Assembly: GCA_018714385.1 (NCBI GenBank) | Contig: DVNL01000014.1 | Coordinates: 25,959-89,958, forward strand | DNA length: 64,000 nucleotides | Reading direction: 5' to 3' | Origin: Candidatus Enterosoma merdigallinarum | Lineage (GTDB): Bacteria > Bacillota_I > Bacilli_A > RFN20 > CAG-288 | Shown: positions 16,608 through 27,539 of the stretch, one piece after another | Layout of the letters: every line of letters begins with the position of its first letter | Position numbering within the stretch: the first letter of the stretch is position 1 | Notes under the pieces: generated by a model | Told to the model about the DNA's origin: nothing | The model's database searches: none | What the model saw: the letters and a program-made list of their open reading frames with translations, nothing else | Made by a program: the position numbers and the translations under genes

Positions 16608-17695
16608 AAAAGCTCATCCTGAACAACTTCCGTTCCTATGCCCATGCCGAAGTCGACTTCCCGCCAGAAGACATCTACCTGACCGGAAACAACGGCCAGG
16701 GCAAGACAAACGTCCTGGAAGCCATCCACTATCTCACTCTCGGGCGAAGCTTCCGCAAGGCGGAGGACAAAGACTTGATCCGAGACGGGACGGAGGAGGC
16801 CTCTATCTATCTCATCTATCACGATGAAAGCGACGGCAAGGATCACGTCCTCTCCTGCCTGATCGGACGCGGCTACAAGGTCTTCTCCATCGACGACAGA
16901 AAGGCCAAGACGCTCTCGGAGATGCTCGGGAAGCTCCTCGCCGTCCACTACGATCCCTCTCAAGTCTTCTTCTTCAAGGACGAGCCGGGCGATAGACGCA
17001 AACTGCTCGACGAGACGCTCAGCCAGCTCGACGGAAAGTATCTCTATGCGATAGCACGATACAAAAAGCTTCTGAAGGAAAGAAACGTCGGCCTTGCCCA
17101 AAACTACGACGTGGATGTCCTCAACGTCCTGAGAGACCAGCTATCGAATCTCGCCTACCGGATCGTGACGGAAAGAAAAAGGCTCGTCGCCTTGCTGTCC
17201 AAGAAAATGGAAAGGATCTATTCCGAACTCTTCTCCAAGGAGAAAAGCCTATCCCTTCTATACCGGACAAACTGCCCGCTCGACGATGACCAGGAAAGCT
17301 TCGTCCAAAACGCCACGGCACTCTTCGATGCCAACCGTTCGTTGGAGAACCTGAGGAAAACGACATTGATCGGTCCTCATCGAGACAATCTATCCGCCCT
17401 CCTCGACGGCAAGGACGTCGCCGCCTTCGGAAGCCAGGGGGAAAATCGCCTGGCATCCCTGAGCTTGCGTCTAGCCATCCGGGAGCTGTTCCACGAGAAA
17501 ACAGGTAAGGAGCCATTGCTCCTGTTGGATGACGTCGCCTCGGACCTGGATGCGACGCGTTGCCAAAACCTGCTTCAAAGCATAAAGGGGCACGGACAGG
17601 CCTTCGTCACCGGCGCCCAGATACGGGAAGGATTCGAAGACTATCAGATCTATGTCGCCTCAGAAGGAAGTCTACGGAGGAAAGAAAATGACTGA
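16598..17695 (+). CDS. recF: DNA replication and repair protein RecF
   Basis: N-terminus MFVKKLILNNFRSY, Walker A GNNGQGKTNVLEAI and a C-terminal LLLDDVASDLD motif. Confidence 0.92.
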   Translation: MFVKKLILNNFRSYAHAEVDFPPEDIYLTGNNGQGKTNVLEAIHYLTLGRSFRKAEDKDLIRDGTEEASIYLIYHDESDGKDHVLSCLIGRGYKVFSIDDRKAKTLSEMLGKLLAVHYDPSQVFFFKDEPGDRRKLLDETLSQLDGKYLYAIARYKKLLKERNVGLAQNYDVDVLNVLRDQLSNLAYRIVTERKRLVALLSKKMERIYSELFSKEKSLSLLYRTNCPLDDDQESFVQNATALFDANRSLENLRKTTLIGPHRDNLSALLDGKDVAAFGSQGENRLASLSLRLAIRELFHEKTGKEPLLLLDDVASDLDATRCQNLLQSIKGHGQAFVTGAQIREGFEDYQIYVASEGSLRRKEND

Positions 17696-19853
17696 CGAAG
17701 AAAAGAGAAAGGCTCTGGACCTGGAGACCGAAAAACAGAGAAGAAAGGTCGAAGAGGTAGCCAAGGCAGAAGCCAAGGCCGCTCCCGCAGAAACGCGCAA
17801 AGTCGAAGAAGTCCCGGAAGAAACCTTCGATGAAGAACATGTCGAGCACGATGACCTCTCCGAAGCCCAGGAGGAAAAAGCCCTCAAGGCCAAAGAGGAG
17901 TACACCGGAAAAGATATCGAGATTCTTCAGGGACTCGAAGCCGTTCGGCAAAGACCCGGCATGTATATCGGAACGACATCTTCCAAAGGTCTCCACCATC
18001 TCGTCAGAGAAGCCGTCGACAATGGCATCGACGAAGCCTTGGCAGGCTATTGCAAGCACATCCGCGTGACTCTCCTTCCGGGCACGAAAGACAACCCCGT
18101 CAATCGCGTCCGCGTGGAAGATGATGGAAGAGGAATCCCCTGCGACATCAACGCCCAGACCGGCCTTTCCACGGTCGAGACGGTCTATACCGTCCTTCAC
18201 GCCGGCGGAAAGTTCAACGACAAGACGGGATACAAGATCTCCGGCGGTCTTCACGGCGTCGGTGTCAAGGCCGTCAATGCCCTTTCCACATATGTGGAAG
18301 TTACCGTCTATCGCGACGGCAAAATCCATCATATCGCCTTCGAGAACGGCGGCAAGACGGTTGCCCCTGGCCTTCAGGTCATCGGAGAATGCCCTTTGGA
18401 GAAGACCGGCACGACCGTCGAGTTCACGCCGGATCCTTCCATTTTCAAAGAGACGGTCACCTTCGACTTCAACACCATCAACACCTATCTCCGCCAGACC
18501 GCCTATCTGACAAAGGGACTCGATCTCACGCTTGAAGATCTCCGCAATCCAGATAATCCTCTCCATTCCCACTACTGCTTCGAAGGCGGCATCAAAGAAT
18601 ACGTCGCCTATATCAACCAGGAAAAGGACAAGGTCTTTGAATCCATCCCCTATGTCGTCGGCGGATCGAAGGTCGATGTCGGGGAGAGCACCACGACGAT
18701 CATCGTCGAATGCGCCATGCAGCCGACAAAAGGCGGCATTCTCTCGATGAACTCTTTCTGCAACAACATCCGGACGACCGGCGGCGGAACGCATGAGGAA
18801 GGATTCCGTCTCGCCATAGGAAGAGAACTCAACAGCTACTTCCGTGCCAAGGAATGGCTCAAGGACAACGACCAAAACTTCAAGTCCGAAGACTGCCTGG
18901 AAGGCCTGACGGTCATCCTCTCCATCAAGCACAGCAACCCGCAATACGAAGGACAGGTCAAGGACAAGCTCGGAAACGACGAAGTCCGCAAGGTCGTCTC
19001 CTCCATCGTCGGCGACTATCTCAAAGAATGGTTGATGGAGAATCCCAAGGAAGGAAGGCTCTGGTACGAAAGGGTCGCCCTCGCCTTCAAGAGCCGTCGC
19101 GCCGCCGAAAAGGCCCGCGCACAGGCCCAGGGAAAGCTCTCTGCCGGTGCCGGCATGCCCGACAAGCTCACCGACTGCATCTCCAAGGACCCCAAGGAGA
19201 GAGAACTGTTCATCGTCGAGGGTAATTCCGCAGGCGGTTCCGCCGTCCAAGGAAGAGACGCCAGGACGCAAGCCGTTCTCCCCTTGAGAGGAAAGATCCT
19301 GAACGTCGAAAAGGCTCCTGCCCTTCGAATCGAAAAGAACGCTGAGATCAACAATATGGTCACGGCGATCGGCGCCGGGCAGGGCGAAAACTTCGACGTC
19401 AGCAAGATCCGCTACGACAAGGTCATCATCATGACCGATGCCGATGTCGACGGCAGCCACATCCGCATCCTTCTCATGACTTTCTTCTATCGCTTCATGC
19501 GTCCCTTGGTCGAGACCGGCCATCTCTACATCGCCCAGCCGCCTCTCTATCGAGTCGCCTATCAGGGCCACTACTATTACGCCTTCAACGACGACGAGCT
19601 CGAAGTCATCAAGAGCAAGCTTCCGCAAAACGCCCGTTACGGCCTGCAGCGTTACAAAGGTCTCGGTGAAATGGATCCCGACCAGCTCGACTCTACGACG
19701 ATGGACAAGAACCACAGAAGAATGTATCAAGTCACCATCGATGATGCCCAGGCGGCAAACGATGCCCTCATCGACCTCATGGGCGAAAACGTCGAACCCA
19801 GGAAGGACTACATCACCGCCAACGCCAAGTTCGTCAAGAACCTGGACATCTAA
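17688..19853 (+). CDS. gyrB: DNA gyrase subunit B, with a Lys/Glu-rich N-terminal extension of about 65 aa
   Basis: Motifs [56 protein letters not shown] and [12 protein letters not shown]. Start set to ATG 17688 after GGAGGAAAG. Confidence 0.95.
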   Translation: MTDEEKRKALDLETEKQRRKVEEVAKAEAKAAPAETRKVEEVPEETFDEEHVEHDDLSEAQEEKALKAKEEYTGKDIEILQGLEAVRQRPGMYIGTTSSKGLHHLVREAVDNGIDEALAGYCKHIRVTLLPGTKDNPVNRVRVEDDGRGIPCDINAQTGLSTVETVYTVLHAGGKFNDKTGYKISGGLHGVGVKAVNALSTYVEVTVYRDGKIHHIAFENGGKTVAPGLQVIGECPLEKTGTTVEFTPDPSIFKETVTFDFNTINTYLRQTAYLTKGLDLTLEDLRNPDNPLHSHYCFEGGIKEYVAYINQEKDKVFESIPYVVGGSKVDVGESTTTIIVECAMQPTKGGILSMNSFCNNIRTTGGGTHEEGFRLAIGRELNSYFRAKEWLKDNDQNFKSEDCLEGLTVILSIKHSNPQYEGQVKDKLGNDEVRKVVSSIVGDYLKEWLMENPKEGRLWYERVALAFKSRRAAEKARAQAQGKLSAGAGMPDKLTDCISKDPKERELFIVEGNSAGGSAVQGRDARTQAVLPLRGKILNVEKAPALRIEKNAEINNMVTAIGAGQGENFDVSKIRYDKVIIMTDADVDGSHIRILLMTFFYRFMRPLVETGHLYIAQPPLYRVAYQGHYYYAFNDDELEVIKSKLPQNARYGLQRYKGLGEMDPDQLDSTTMDKNHRRMYQVTIDDAQAANDALIDLMGENVEPRKDYITANAKFVKNLDI

Positions 19854-19867
19854 GGAGGCAAGGAACA

Positions 19868-22507
19868 ATGGCTGACAACGAACAGGAAAAGAAAGAAGAA
19901 GGCCAGCAGAGCACCGGAAAAGGCATCGAAGGCCTGCAGGAAGGCATCGTCTCGGGAATCTCGCCTGACGAGTTTGCCACCGAGATCAAGAATTCCTTCC
20001 TCGACTATGCCGTCTCGACTCTGACAAGCCGTGCCATCCCCGATGCCAGGGACGGACTCAAGCCGGTCCAGAGAAGAATCATCTACGATATGTGGGACAT
20101 GGGCGTCACGCCGGACAAGCCGTTCAAGAAATCGGCTCGTGTGGTCGGCGACGTCATGGGAAAATATCACCCTCATGGCGACTCCGCCATCTATCTTGCC
20201 ATGTGCCGCATGGCGCAGGATTTTGCCATGCGATACACCCTCGTCCAGGGCCACGGAAACTTCGGCTCTCCCGACGGGGACGAACCCGCCGCTTCCCGTT
20301 ACACGGAAGCCCGTCTTTCCAAGATCGCCATGGAGATGACAAGGGACATCGACAAGAACACCGTATCCTTCATCGACACCTACGATTCGGAGGGAAAGGA
20401 GCCGACCGTCCTGCCTTCCCGATTCCCCAATCTTCTCTGCAACGAATCCTCTGGCATCGCCGTCGGCATGGCGACTTCCATTCCTCCCCACAACCTCCGC
20501 GAGACCATCTCCGGCATCCAGGAAGTCATCCGCAATCCGGAAATCACGACGGAAGAATTGATGCAGATCATCCAAGGCCCGGATTTCCCGGGCGGTGGCA
20601 TCATCCTGGGACGCTCCGGCATTCGAAAATATTTCGAGACCGGCCGTGGCTCTGTCAAGGTCCGGGCGAAGTATGACATCAAAGAAAAAGACGGACATCA
20701 GGAAATCATTTTCTCTGAGCTCCCATATATGGTCAACAAGCGTGATTTGGCCAAGAGAATCGTGGAACTTGCCGATTCCAAGACAATCGAAGGAATCGCC
20801 TCCGTCGCCGACTATTCTTCCCAAAAGATGGGAACCCATTTCGTCATCGTCTTGAAGAAAAACGCCAATGCCGAACTGGTCCTGAACCATCTCTTCCGCT
20901 TCACCGCCCTGCAATCCTCCTTCGCCGTCAACATGCTCGCCCTGGACAACGGGACGCCGAAGGTTCTCTCCATGAGGCAGGCTCTCGACATCTACATCAA
21001 GTTCCAGGAAGAAGTCATCACCAACCGGACGAGATACAACCTGAAGAAGGCGCAGGACAGAATTCACATCTTGGAAGCCTTCCTCCTCATTGCCGATGCC
21101 ATCGACGAGACCATCCGCATCATCCGTTCCTCGGAGACAGACGACGAGGTCATCTCTCGGCTCAACGAGCGCTTCGGTCTGGACGAGATCCAGTCGAGGA
21201 GCATCCTGGAGATGCAGCTCAAGCGTCTGAAGAAGCTCGACCAGAGAAAGTATGCCGACGAGAAGGCCTCTTTGGAAGCCGATTGCGCCCACTACAACAG
21301 CATTCTTTCCGATCAGTCCGTTCTCGAGGACACGCTCATCGGCGAACTCGAGGAAATCAAGAAGGCCTACGGGGATGAGAGAAAGACCCTCATCACAGAT
21401 TACGACTACGATGAAAGCGACGAGGATCTGATCCCGAACAAAGAAGTTCTCGTCATCCTCACCAAGGGAGGCTATATCAAGAGGATCGACCCGACGGAGT
21501 TCAAGGTCCAGAACCGGGGCGGCGTCGGTATCCAGGGCATGAAGACGAAAGAGGACGACGACGTCGAAATCCTCCGCCATACCCGGACGAAGACGGATGT
21601 CCTCTTCTTCACCGATTTCGGCAGGGTCTATCGTTGCCGTGGTTACCAGATCCAGGAAGGAAGTCGGACCAGCAAGGGTCTCCCCATCGTCAATTTCCTC
21701 AAGCTCAACCCGGGAGAGAAGGTCACTTCCATCATCTCGATGGACGATTATTCCGAGGACAGCTTCCTCTTCTTCGGAACGGAGCAGGGCGTTGTCAAGC
21801 GCTGCAAGGCGACCGACTTCGAAAACATCAATTCCAACGGCAAGATCGCCATCCTTCTCAGAGACGGCGACAAGCTCATCGACGTCAAGCACACCGACGG
21901 TTCCGCCCTCATCTCTTTGGGTTCGACGGAAGGAAAGGTCTGCACGTTCCGTGAGGGCGAAGTCCGCTGCATGGGCCGATCGGCCACCGGCGTAAAGGGC
22001 ATGGATTTGCCTGAAGGCGAAAAGGTTGTCGGCATGATCACGTCCCTGGAAGGAGACAAGATCTTCTCCCTCTCCGCAAACGGCTACGGCAAGATCACGC
22101 CCGGGAGAGAATACCGCATCACCTCCAGAGGTTCCAAGGGCGTCAAGACGATGCGAGTGGAAGACAAGAACGGTGCCTTGATCGCCATCAAGACGGTCAA
22201 GGGGGACGAAGACATCATCATCATCACCGACCACGGCACCACCATCCGGACCACCCTCACCCAGGTCAGCAACATGTCCCGCAACACCATCGGCGTCAAG
22301 ATCATCACCCTCCGCGACAAAGAAAGGATCAGCTCCTGCTCCATCGCACCCAGCGAATCCGAATATGAAGCCACCGAAGAAACCGCTGAAGAAGCCGTGC
22401 CCTCCTCTTCCGACAGCGTCGATCCCGCCCTCCAGGAACTTCTCCGCAGAGCCGAAGAGCAGCAAGACGAAGACAACACAGACGACGAATCAAGCAAAGA
22501 AGAATAG
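19868..22507 (+). CDS. gyrA: DNA gyrase subunit A
   Basis: Motifs [24 protein letters not shown] and [10 protein letters not shown], with an acidic C-terminal tail. Confidence 0.95.
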   Translation: MADNEQEKKEEGQQSTGKGIEGLQEGIVSGISPDEFATEIKNSFLDYAVSTLTSRAIPDARDGLKPVQRRIIYDMWDMGVTPDKPFKKSARVVGDVMGKYHPHGDSAIYLAMCRMAQDFAMRYTLVQGHGNFGSPDGDEPAASRYTEARLSKIAMEMTRDIDKNTVSFIDTYDSEGKEPTVLPSRFPNLLCNESSGIAVGMATSIPPHNLRETISGIQEVIRNPEITTEELMQIIQGPDFPGGGIILGRSGIRKYFETGRGSVKVRAKYDIKEKDGHQEIIFSELPYMVNKRDLAKRIVELADSKTIEGIASVADYSSQKMGTHFVIVLKKNANAELVLNHLFRFTALQSSFAVNMLALDNGTPKVLSMRQALDIYIKFQEEVITNRTRYNLKKAQDRIHILEAFLLIADAIDETIRIIRSSETDDEVISRLNERFGLDEIQSRSILEMQLKRLKKLDQRKYADEKASLEADCAHYNSILSDQSVLEDTLIGELEEIKKAYGDERKTLITDYDYDESDEDLIPNKEVLVILTKGGYIKRIDPTEFKVQNRGGVGIQGMKTKEDDDVEILRHTRTKTDVLFFTDFGRVYRCRGYQIQEGSRTSKGLPIVNFLKLNPGEKVTSIISMDDYSEDSFLFFGTEQGVVKRCKATDFENINSNGKIAILLRDGDKLIDVKHTDGSALISLGSTEGKVCTFREGEVRCMGRSATGVKGMDLPEGEKVVGMITSLEGDKIFSLSANGYGKITPGREYRITSRGSKGVKTMRVEDKNGALIAIKTVKGDEDIIIITDHGTTIRTTLTQVSNMSRNTIGVKIITLRDKERISSCSIAPSESEYEATEETAEEAVPSSSDSVDPALQELLRRAEEQQDEDNTDDESSKEE

Positions 22508-22509
22508 AC

Positions 22510-23436
22510 ATGGACGTCAAGAAGATCTTTCTCGGCTCCGATCCCTATAGGGAAGGCCATACCTTCTCCTACGTCAGCCGAGAAAACATCACCCGCAATC
22601 TGGATAGGCTCGGCATCCCCTACACACGGGATGCCGATGCGGATTTCGATATGGCCATCTACCCGTCGGCAGAGGACATGGCCGCCATCCATCCGCGCTT
22701 CAGAAAAAAGTCTTTCCTCTCCGCCCTAGTCATCGGCTGCGATATGGATGACTACAACGACGACCCAAAAGCCAGCAAATTTCTCTCCGATGCGGCTTTG
22801 ACCATGTCGAGAGTCGCCGACGTCCTCGTGACGAACTTCGATTCCCAGATGCGAGCCCTTCTTAGAATGGGCATCCGAAAGGAAATTCGGATCAACAATC
22901 CCTTGGCGACATACGATAAAGACGATGTCCTGCAAGCCGAAAAAGATGCCTTCCGTTCTTTCTATCGTCTCCCCAAGGGCAAGACGACGATAATCTCGTT
23001 CGGCTTCAAGAGGGATCCCGAAAGCTTTTCCCTTCTCGATTCCTTGGCGCGGGTATTCCCGAACTACGAATTCCTATACTTCGGCGAACTGGAAAGGGAA
23101 TTCCTCCACCAGAAGATGCAGGAAAGGCTATACCACCATCTCAACATCCGCTATCTTCCCGCCCTTCCCGAGGAACTCTATCATTCCGCCCTCCTTTCCG
23201 CCGACGCGGTCTTCTTCCCGCAGCTCTTCTTGTCCTATCCGACAATGATCGTCGACTTCATGGCCCATGAGGTCCCCATCGTCGCCTATCGTCCCATCAA
23301 TCTTCCGGAGCTGGTCAACGAAAAGACCGCTCTGATGCCGAAGGATTTCTCTTCCCTCTACCGGGACATCAAAGACGTCAAGACAGTCAACAGAAAGAAA
23401 GAAGCCAAACAGAGTCTTGCCCGATTCATCCTCTGA
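22510..23436 (+). CDS. Divergent GT-B-fold (GT4-like) glycosyltransferase-like protein
   Basis: The C-terminal half ([33 protein letters not shown]...) resembles the nucleotide-sugar-binding half of GT4 enzymes. The ATG is 2 nt after the gyrA stop. Confidence 0.45.
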   Translation: MDVKKIFLGSDPYREGHTFSYVSRENITRNLDRLGIPYTRDADADFDMAIYPSAEDMAAIHPRFRKKSFLSALVIGCDMDDYNDDPKASKFLSDAALTMSRVADVLVTNFDSQMRALLRMGIRKEIRINNPLATYDKDDVLQAEKDAFRSFYRLPKGKTTIISFGFKRDPESFSLLDSLARVFPNYEFLYFGELEREFLHQKMQERLYHHLNIRYLPALPEELYHSALLSADAVFFPQLFLSYPTMIVDFMAHEVPIVAYRPINLPELVNEKTALMPKDFSSLYRDIKDVKTVNRKKEAKQSLARFIL

Positions 23437-23482
23437 TCAAGTTGCTATAATAGTTTGGTTCCAAATCAAGGAGATAACAAAT

Positions 23483-24799
23483 ATGCTCGATGTGAAATAC
23501 GTTATCGACAATCTCGAAGAAGTCATCGAAAGACTCTCGACAAGGACGGGAGACTATTCCTATCTTCGCCAATTGCCGGCCCTCGAAGAAAAGAGGAAGG
23601 AACTCATCCTCAAGGCGGACCGTCTCAAGGCGGAAAGAAACAGCCAATCCAAAGAAATCGGAAAGCTCAAGGCCCAGAAGAAGGAAGAAGAAGCCAAGGC
23701 CTTGATGGAGAAGATCAATTTCGACAAGGACGAGATCGCCCGTCTCGACAAAGAGAGAGCGGGGGTCGAAGACGAGATCCACGAAATCATGCTCAAGACC
23801 CCGAACATCCCGGACAAGTCCCTTCCCATCGGAACCGACGACAGCTTCAACCGTCCCGAAAAATACTGGGGGGATCCGACCGTCTTCCGCTTCAAGCCCA
23901 AGGCCCACTGGGACATCGGCCAGAGGCTCGGCTACTTCGACTTCGACCGGGCGGCCAAGGTCTCGGGTCCCCGTTTCACCTTCTATCTCGGCGCCTTCGC
24001 AAGACTGGAGCGCTCTCTTGCCGCCCTCATGCTCGACACCCATGCCGCAAACGGCTATACCGAGGTTCTGCCTCCCTACATGGTCAACACCGCATCCCTG
24101 ACCGGATCCGGCCAGCTTCCGAAGTTCGCCGACCAGGCCTACAACACGAACCCCGGCGATTTCTGGATGATTCCGACCGCCGAAGTCCCCGTCACCAACT
24201 ATTATCGCGATGAGATCCTCTCCGCCGAGGACCTTCCGAAGTGGTTCTGCGCCTACTCCTCCTGCTTCCGCGCCGAGGCTGGAGCTGCCGGAAGGGATAC
24301 CCGCGGCATCATCCGTCAGCATCAGTTCCAGAAAGTGGAGCTGGTCAAGTATTGCCTGCCCGAGAACTCGTTCGCGGAGCTTGAGAGCCTGACGGAGGAG
24401 GCCGAAAGGATCCTCGAACTGCTCAAGCTGCCCTACAGGAGAGTCTGCCTCTCCACGGGAGACGTCGGCTTCTCCTCGGCCAAGACATATGACCTCGAGG
24501 TCTGGATGCCCTCCTACAACGACTATGAGGAAAAGGACGGCCTCTTCGTCCCCACAACGAAGAACTACAAGGAAATATCTTCCTGCTCCAACGACACCGA
24601 CTATCAGGCCAGAAGAATGAACATCCGCTTCAAGAGGACAAAGGACAGCAAGACAGAGTACGTCCACATGCTCAACGGCTCCGGCCTTGCCGTCGGCAGA
24701 ACGGTCGCCGCCGTCATCGAGAACTACCAGAACGAAGACGGCTCCATCACCGTCCCGGAAGTGCTCCGTCCTTACATGGGCTGCGACATCATCAAGTAA
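23483..24799 (+). CDS. serS: Seryl-tRNA synthetase
   Basis: N-terminal coiled-coil arm ([14 protein letters not shown]...), class II motifs [21 protein letters not shown] and [15 protein letters not shown], and [27 protein letters not shown]. Track start over-extended. Confidence 0.93.
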   Translation: MLDVKYVIDNLEEVIERLSTRTGDYSYLRQLPALEEKRKELILKADRLKAERNSQSKEIGKLKAQKKEEEAKALMEKINFDKDEIARLDKERAGVEDEIHEIMLKTPNIPDKSLPIGTDDSFNRPEKYWGDPTVFRFKPKAHWDIGQRLGYFDFDRAAKVSGPRFTFYLGAFARLERSLAALMLDTHAANGYTEVLPPYMVNTASLTGSGQLPKFADQAYNTNPGDFWMIPTAEVPVTNYYRDEILSAEDLPKWFCAYSSCFRAEAGAAGRDTRGIIRQHQFQKVELVKYCLPENSFAELESLTEEAERILELLKLPYRRVCLSTGDVGFSSAKTYDLEVWMPSYNDYEEKDGLFVPTTKNYKEISSCSNDTDYQARRMNIRFKRTKDSKTEYVHMLNGSGLAVGRTVAAVIENYQNEDGSITVPEVLRPYMGCDIIK

Positions 24800-24811
24800 T
24801 CCCTGTCGGAA

Positions 24812-24837
24812 GGGCCCGATTCGTCGGGTCCTTTTTT
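24812..24837 (+). terminator. serS terminator
   Basis: GGGCCCGA-TTCG-TCGGGTCC followed by TTTTTT. Confidence 0.8.
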
Positions 24838-24841
24838 ATCC

Positions 24842-24868
24842 AAAAAGCCGTCCCCTTTCGAGGACGGC
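24842..24868 (-). terminator. Terminator of the ABC importer operon
   Basis: Minus strand reads GCCGTCC, 8-nt loop, GGACGGC, then TTTTT, 20 nt after the stop of the binding-protein gene. Confidence 0.75.
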
Positions 24869-24887
24869 ATTTTGTTGTTTCTGCTTT

Positions 24888-26513
24888 TTAGCCGATGGCA
24901 GCGGAATAGGCGGTCTTGAAGGAATTCTCGACGAGGGCTTCGATCTCGTCGTCGGTCGTGGCGGGCGTGTTGAAGATGGTGTTGACCAGCTCTCCGACGG
25001 CAGTGCGGCACGAAGCGGAATGTTCATTGATCGGGGCGATGAAGTAGTCGTCCTGCTCATTATACTGCTCGTTGATGCGATAGCTGAGACCCTTGTATTT
25101 GTTCATCTTGGCGGTGAGATCGGCATCGTTGTTGGACTTGTCGTTGATGGTGGAATCCGCGGCATCGATGATGGTCTTCAACGTCGGCGTGTCGTTGGAG
25201 GACTGACGGACGGGGAAATAGCCTGTTGTGGCGGAGAGGCCAGCACCATTTTCGGTGTTGGTGAGGAACTTGTAGAACATGAAGGTGGCCTTTTGGACGT
25301 TCTCGTCGGCATTGCGGAAGAGAACGAGGGAAGGGCCCTGAGAAATGGCATAATGCTCTCCGGTCTTAGAGACCTTGTCGGAGAAGGTGACATCGGGCAT
25401 GTCATCGGCACCGACGGTCGGAGTCTGATAGACACCGACGCGATAGCCGTCGACACCCATATACATACCGGAGGTCGTGGAGGAAATGAGCATGAAGACC
25501 TGGCCGTAGTTCACGACCGAGGTGGAATATTCGTGCCAGCCTTCTTGAGGGTTCTTGATGGGAAGCTGGTCGGCGGTTCCAATGAGGCCTTCGTTGTTCC
25601 ACTTCTTGAGCTGGACCATCATGGCCTTGGCATCGTCGTTGTTGAAGAGGACGCTCTTGCTGTCGGTATAGTCGATTCCCATCATCTTGCAGAAGGTGAT
25701 GAAGAGATTGTCTCCGGAATCGTAGCAGATCGGCATGGCCTTGAAATAGCCGTATTCGTCCTTGGAGCCATCGAAGAGGGTCGGGAAGTCCGTCTTCATC
25801 TGGCGGGCAAGCGCGATCATGTCTTCCCAGTCGGTCGGGACGGCATACTTCTTCTTGGAAGCCGCTGCGACAGGAGCCTTGTACTTCTCCTGATCTCCCA
25901 TGACCTCGTCGGCGCTGTCGTTTCCGCACAGGCCGGCTCCTTCCTTGTCGAAGACGGTCTGGTTGATGAAGAGAGCCTCGGAGGAACGGGAATAGGGGAG
26001 AGTGAGAAGCGGTCCTTCGCCATAGCCGGACTTTTCCGACTCGATGGAGGACTGGATATCGCTATAGGCGGTGGATTCGTCGGTGGTGACGTTGCCTTGG
26101 TCATCGTTCATCCTGCCGAAACCGATCAGGCTGTCGTTGAAATACTCTTCGGTGTGAAGGATGGCATCGGGCGTCTCGTCCCAGACGATGGTCGGATCGG
26201 GATAGACGGAAGCCATGTTGGGGATGTTGCCGGCAGAAAGGCCCGTGTTGATGTCAGAGGCAATTTTGCCGTAGCTTTCATGATTTTCCTGGACGATTTT
26301 GATGTTGGGATAGATCTTGTTGAATTCTTCGATGACTCCTTGGACGTAATCATAACGCTGCGTCTCGGCCTCCGTGCCTTCTTGGGCATAGTCGTTCCAC
26401 CACGTGATGGTCGTGTCGAGGGTGAGAAGATCCGTTGGGATCTGACGCTGACAGCCGACGAGAGAAAAAGCGATCGTCGCCATGGCAAGCAGGGAACAGA
26501 CGGATTTTTTCAT
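24888..26513 (-). CDS. ABC transporter substrate-binding lipoprotein (carbohydrate-type, family 1)
   Basis: MKKSVCSLLAMATIAFSLVGCQ carries a lipobox. 541 aa. Last gene of the ATPase-permease-permease-SBP operon. Confidence 0.8.
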   Translation of the reverse strand: MKKSVCSLLAMATIAFSLVGCQRQIPTDLLTLDTTITWWNDYAQEGTEAETQRYDYVQGVIEEFNKIYPNIKIVQENHESYGKIASDINTGLSAGNIPNMASVYPDPTIVWDETPDAILHTEEYFNDSLIGFGRMNDDQGNVTTDESTAYSDIQSSIESEKSGYGEGPLLTLPYSRSSEALFINQTVFDKEGAGLCGNDSADEVMGDQEKYKAPVAAASKKKYAVPTDWEDMIALARQMKTDFPTLFDGSKDEYGYFKAMPICYDSGDNLFITFCKMMGIDYTDSKSVLFNNDDAKAMMVQLKKWNNEGLIGTADQLPIKNPQEGWHEYSTSVVNYGQVFMLISSTTSGMYMGVDGYRVGVYQTPTVGADDMPDVTFSDKVSKTGEHYAISQGPSLVLFRNADENVQKATFMFYKFLTNTENGAGLSATTGYFPVRQSSNDTPTLKTIIDAADSTINDKSNNDADLTAKMNKYKGLSYRINEQYNEQDDYFIAPINEHSASCRTAVGELVNTIFNTPATTDDEIEALVENSFKTAYSAAIG

Positions 26514-26572
26514 TTTTCGGAATGCTCCTTTTCGTTGCTGCCAGATAAGGATTATTCTGGCAACACATAAGT

Positions 26573-27538
26573 TTACCCTTTAATACCTGCCCTGGCAATA
26601 CCGCGCATGATGTACTTTCTAAAGATTATGAAAAGAATCAGCAAAGGAACCGTCGTCAGGACAGTCGCCGCCATCTGCCATGAATACATGGGGCGGTAGG
26701 CCTCATGCTCATAGTATTGGAAGGACGTTCCTCGCAAGGCCACCGAAAGGACGGACATGTCCGCATCCGGCCGGATGATGATCGTCTTCGGCCAGACGTA
26801 GGAATTCCAGGACTCGATGAGGTTGAGAATGAAGACGGTGATGAGCGTCGGCGCCGCAAGCGGGACCAGGACCTGCCACAAAAACTGCCAATCGCTCTTG
26901 CCATCCACTTTGGCGGCGAGATAGAGCTCGTTTGGAATCTGCTTGAAATTCTGCCTGAGGAGATAAATATAAAAGACATTGCACAGGAAAGGCAGAATCA
27001 AAGTCAGATAGATCTGGAATTGATTTTGCTTGGCGTGGGCAAGACCGAGATTGGACATCGTGATGTAATTGGTGATGACCATCATCTCTCCAGGTATCAT
27101 CATCGTCGCCAAAAAGATGGTGAAAAGGATCTCCCGGCCCCGGAAGTTGAGCTTGGCAAAAGCAAAAGCCGCCAGAATCGTGATAACAAGACTTCCGCAG
27201 GTGGTGCACAAACCGACGATGACCGTATTGCGGACAAGGGCCCAATACGGAAAACTCTCGCTGTTTATCGTATTGGAGTAGTTGAAGACGATGTTGTCGA
27301 GAAAATTCCCTTCCGTCGGGAAGAAAGAACCGGAAGAGAGCTCATCCTCCGTCATGAAGGAGGCCGCGATCATATAGTAAAAAGGAACGAGGATGACAAA
27401 GGCGGCGATGGCTAGGAAAAGATAAGTGAAGACAAGTCCGACGATCCTCAGGGCCTTGTCTCTCTTTTCCGTCGCATGAATGTCCCGCTTCTTGCCGGGG
27501 ATGATGAGGGTGAGATGCGTCTGTATTTCGTTTTCCAT
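26573..27538 (-). CDS. Carbohydrate ABC transporter permease (MalG-type)
   Basis: Six predicted TM segments and the EAA loop LYLAAKVDGKSDWQFLWQVLVPLAAP. Confidence 0.85.
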   Translation of the reverse strand: MENEIQTHLTLIIPGKKRDIHATEKRDKALRIVGLVFTYLFLAIAAFVILVPFYYMIAASFMTEDELSSGSFFPTEGNFLDNIVFNYSNTINSESFPYWALVRNTVIVGLCTTCGSLVITILAAFAFAKLNFRGREILFTIFLATMMIPGEMMVITNYITMSNLGLAHAKQNQFQIYLTLILPFLCNVFYIYLLRQNFKQIPNELYLAAKVDGKSDWQFLWQVLVPLAAPTLITVFILNLIESWNSYVWPKTIIIRPDADMSVLSVALRGTSFQYYEHEAYRPMYSWQMAATVLTTVPLLILFIIFRKYIMRGIARAGIKG

Positions 27539-27539
27539 T

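Noticed and set aside
17607-22465. 753-aa and 871-aa minus-strand ORFs opposite gyrB and gyrA
   Set aside because: Codon-aligned shadows of two unambiguous housekeeping genes. No independent start signals and a low-complexity composition.
23437-23482. T-box riboswitch upstream of serS
   Set aside because: The intergenic region is only 46 nt and contains just the RBS. There is no room for a T-box leader of about 200 nt.
23426-26570. 413-aa minus ORF opposite serS and 627-aa plus ORF opposite the ABC binding protein
   Set aside because: Codon-aligned antisense shadows; the true genes carry diagnostic motifs.
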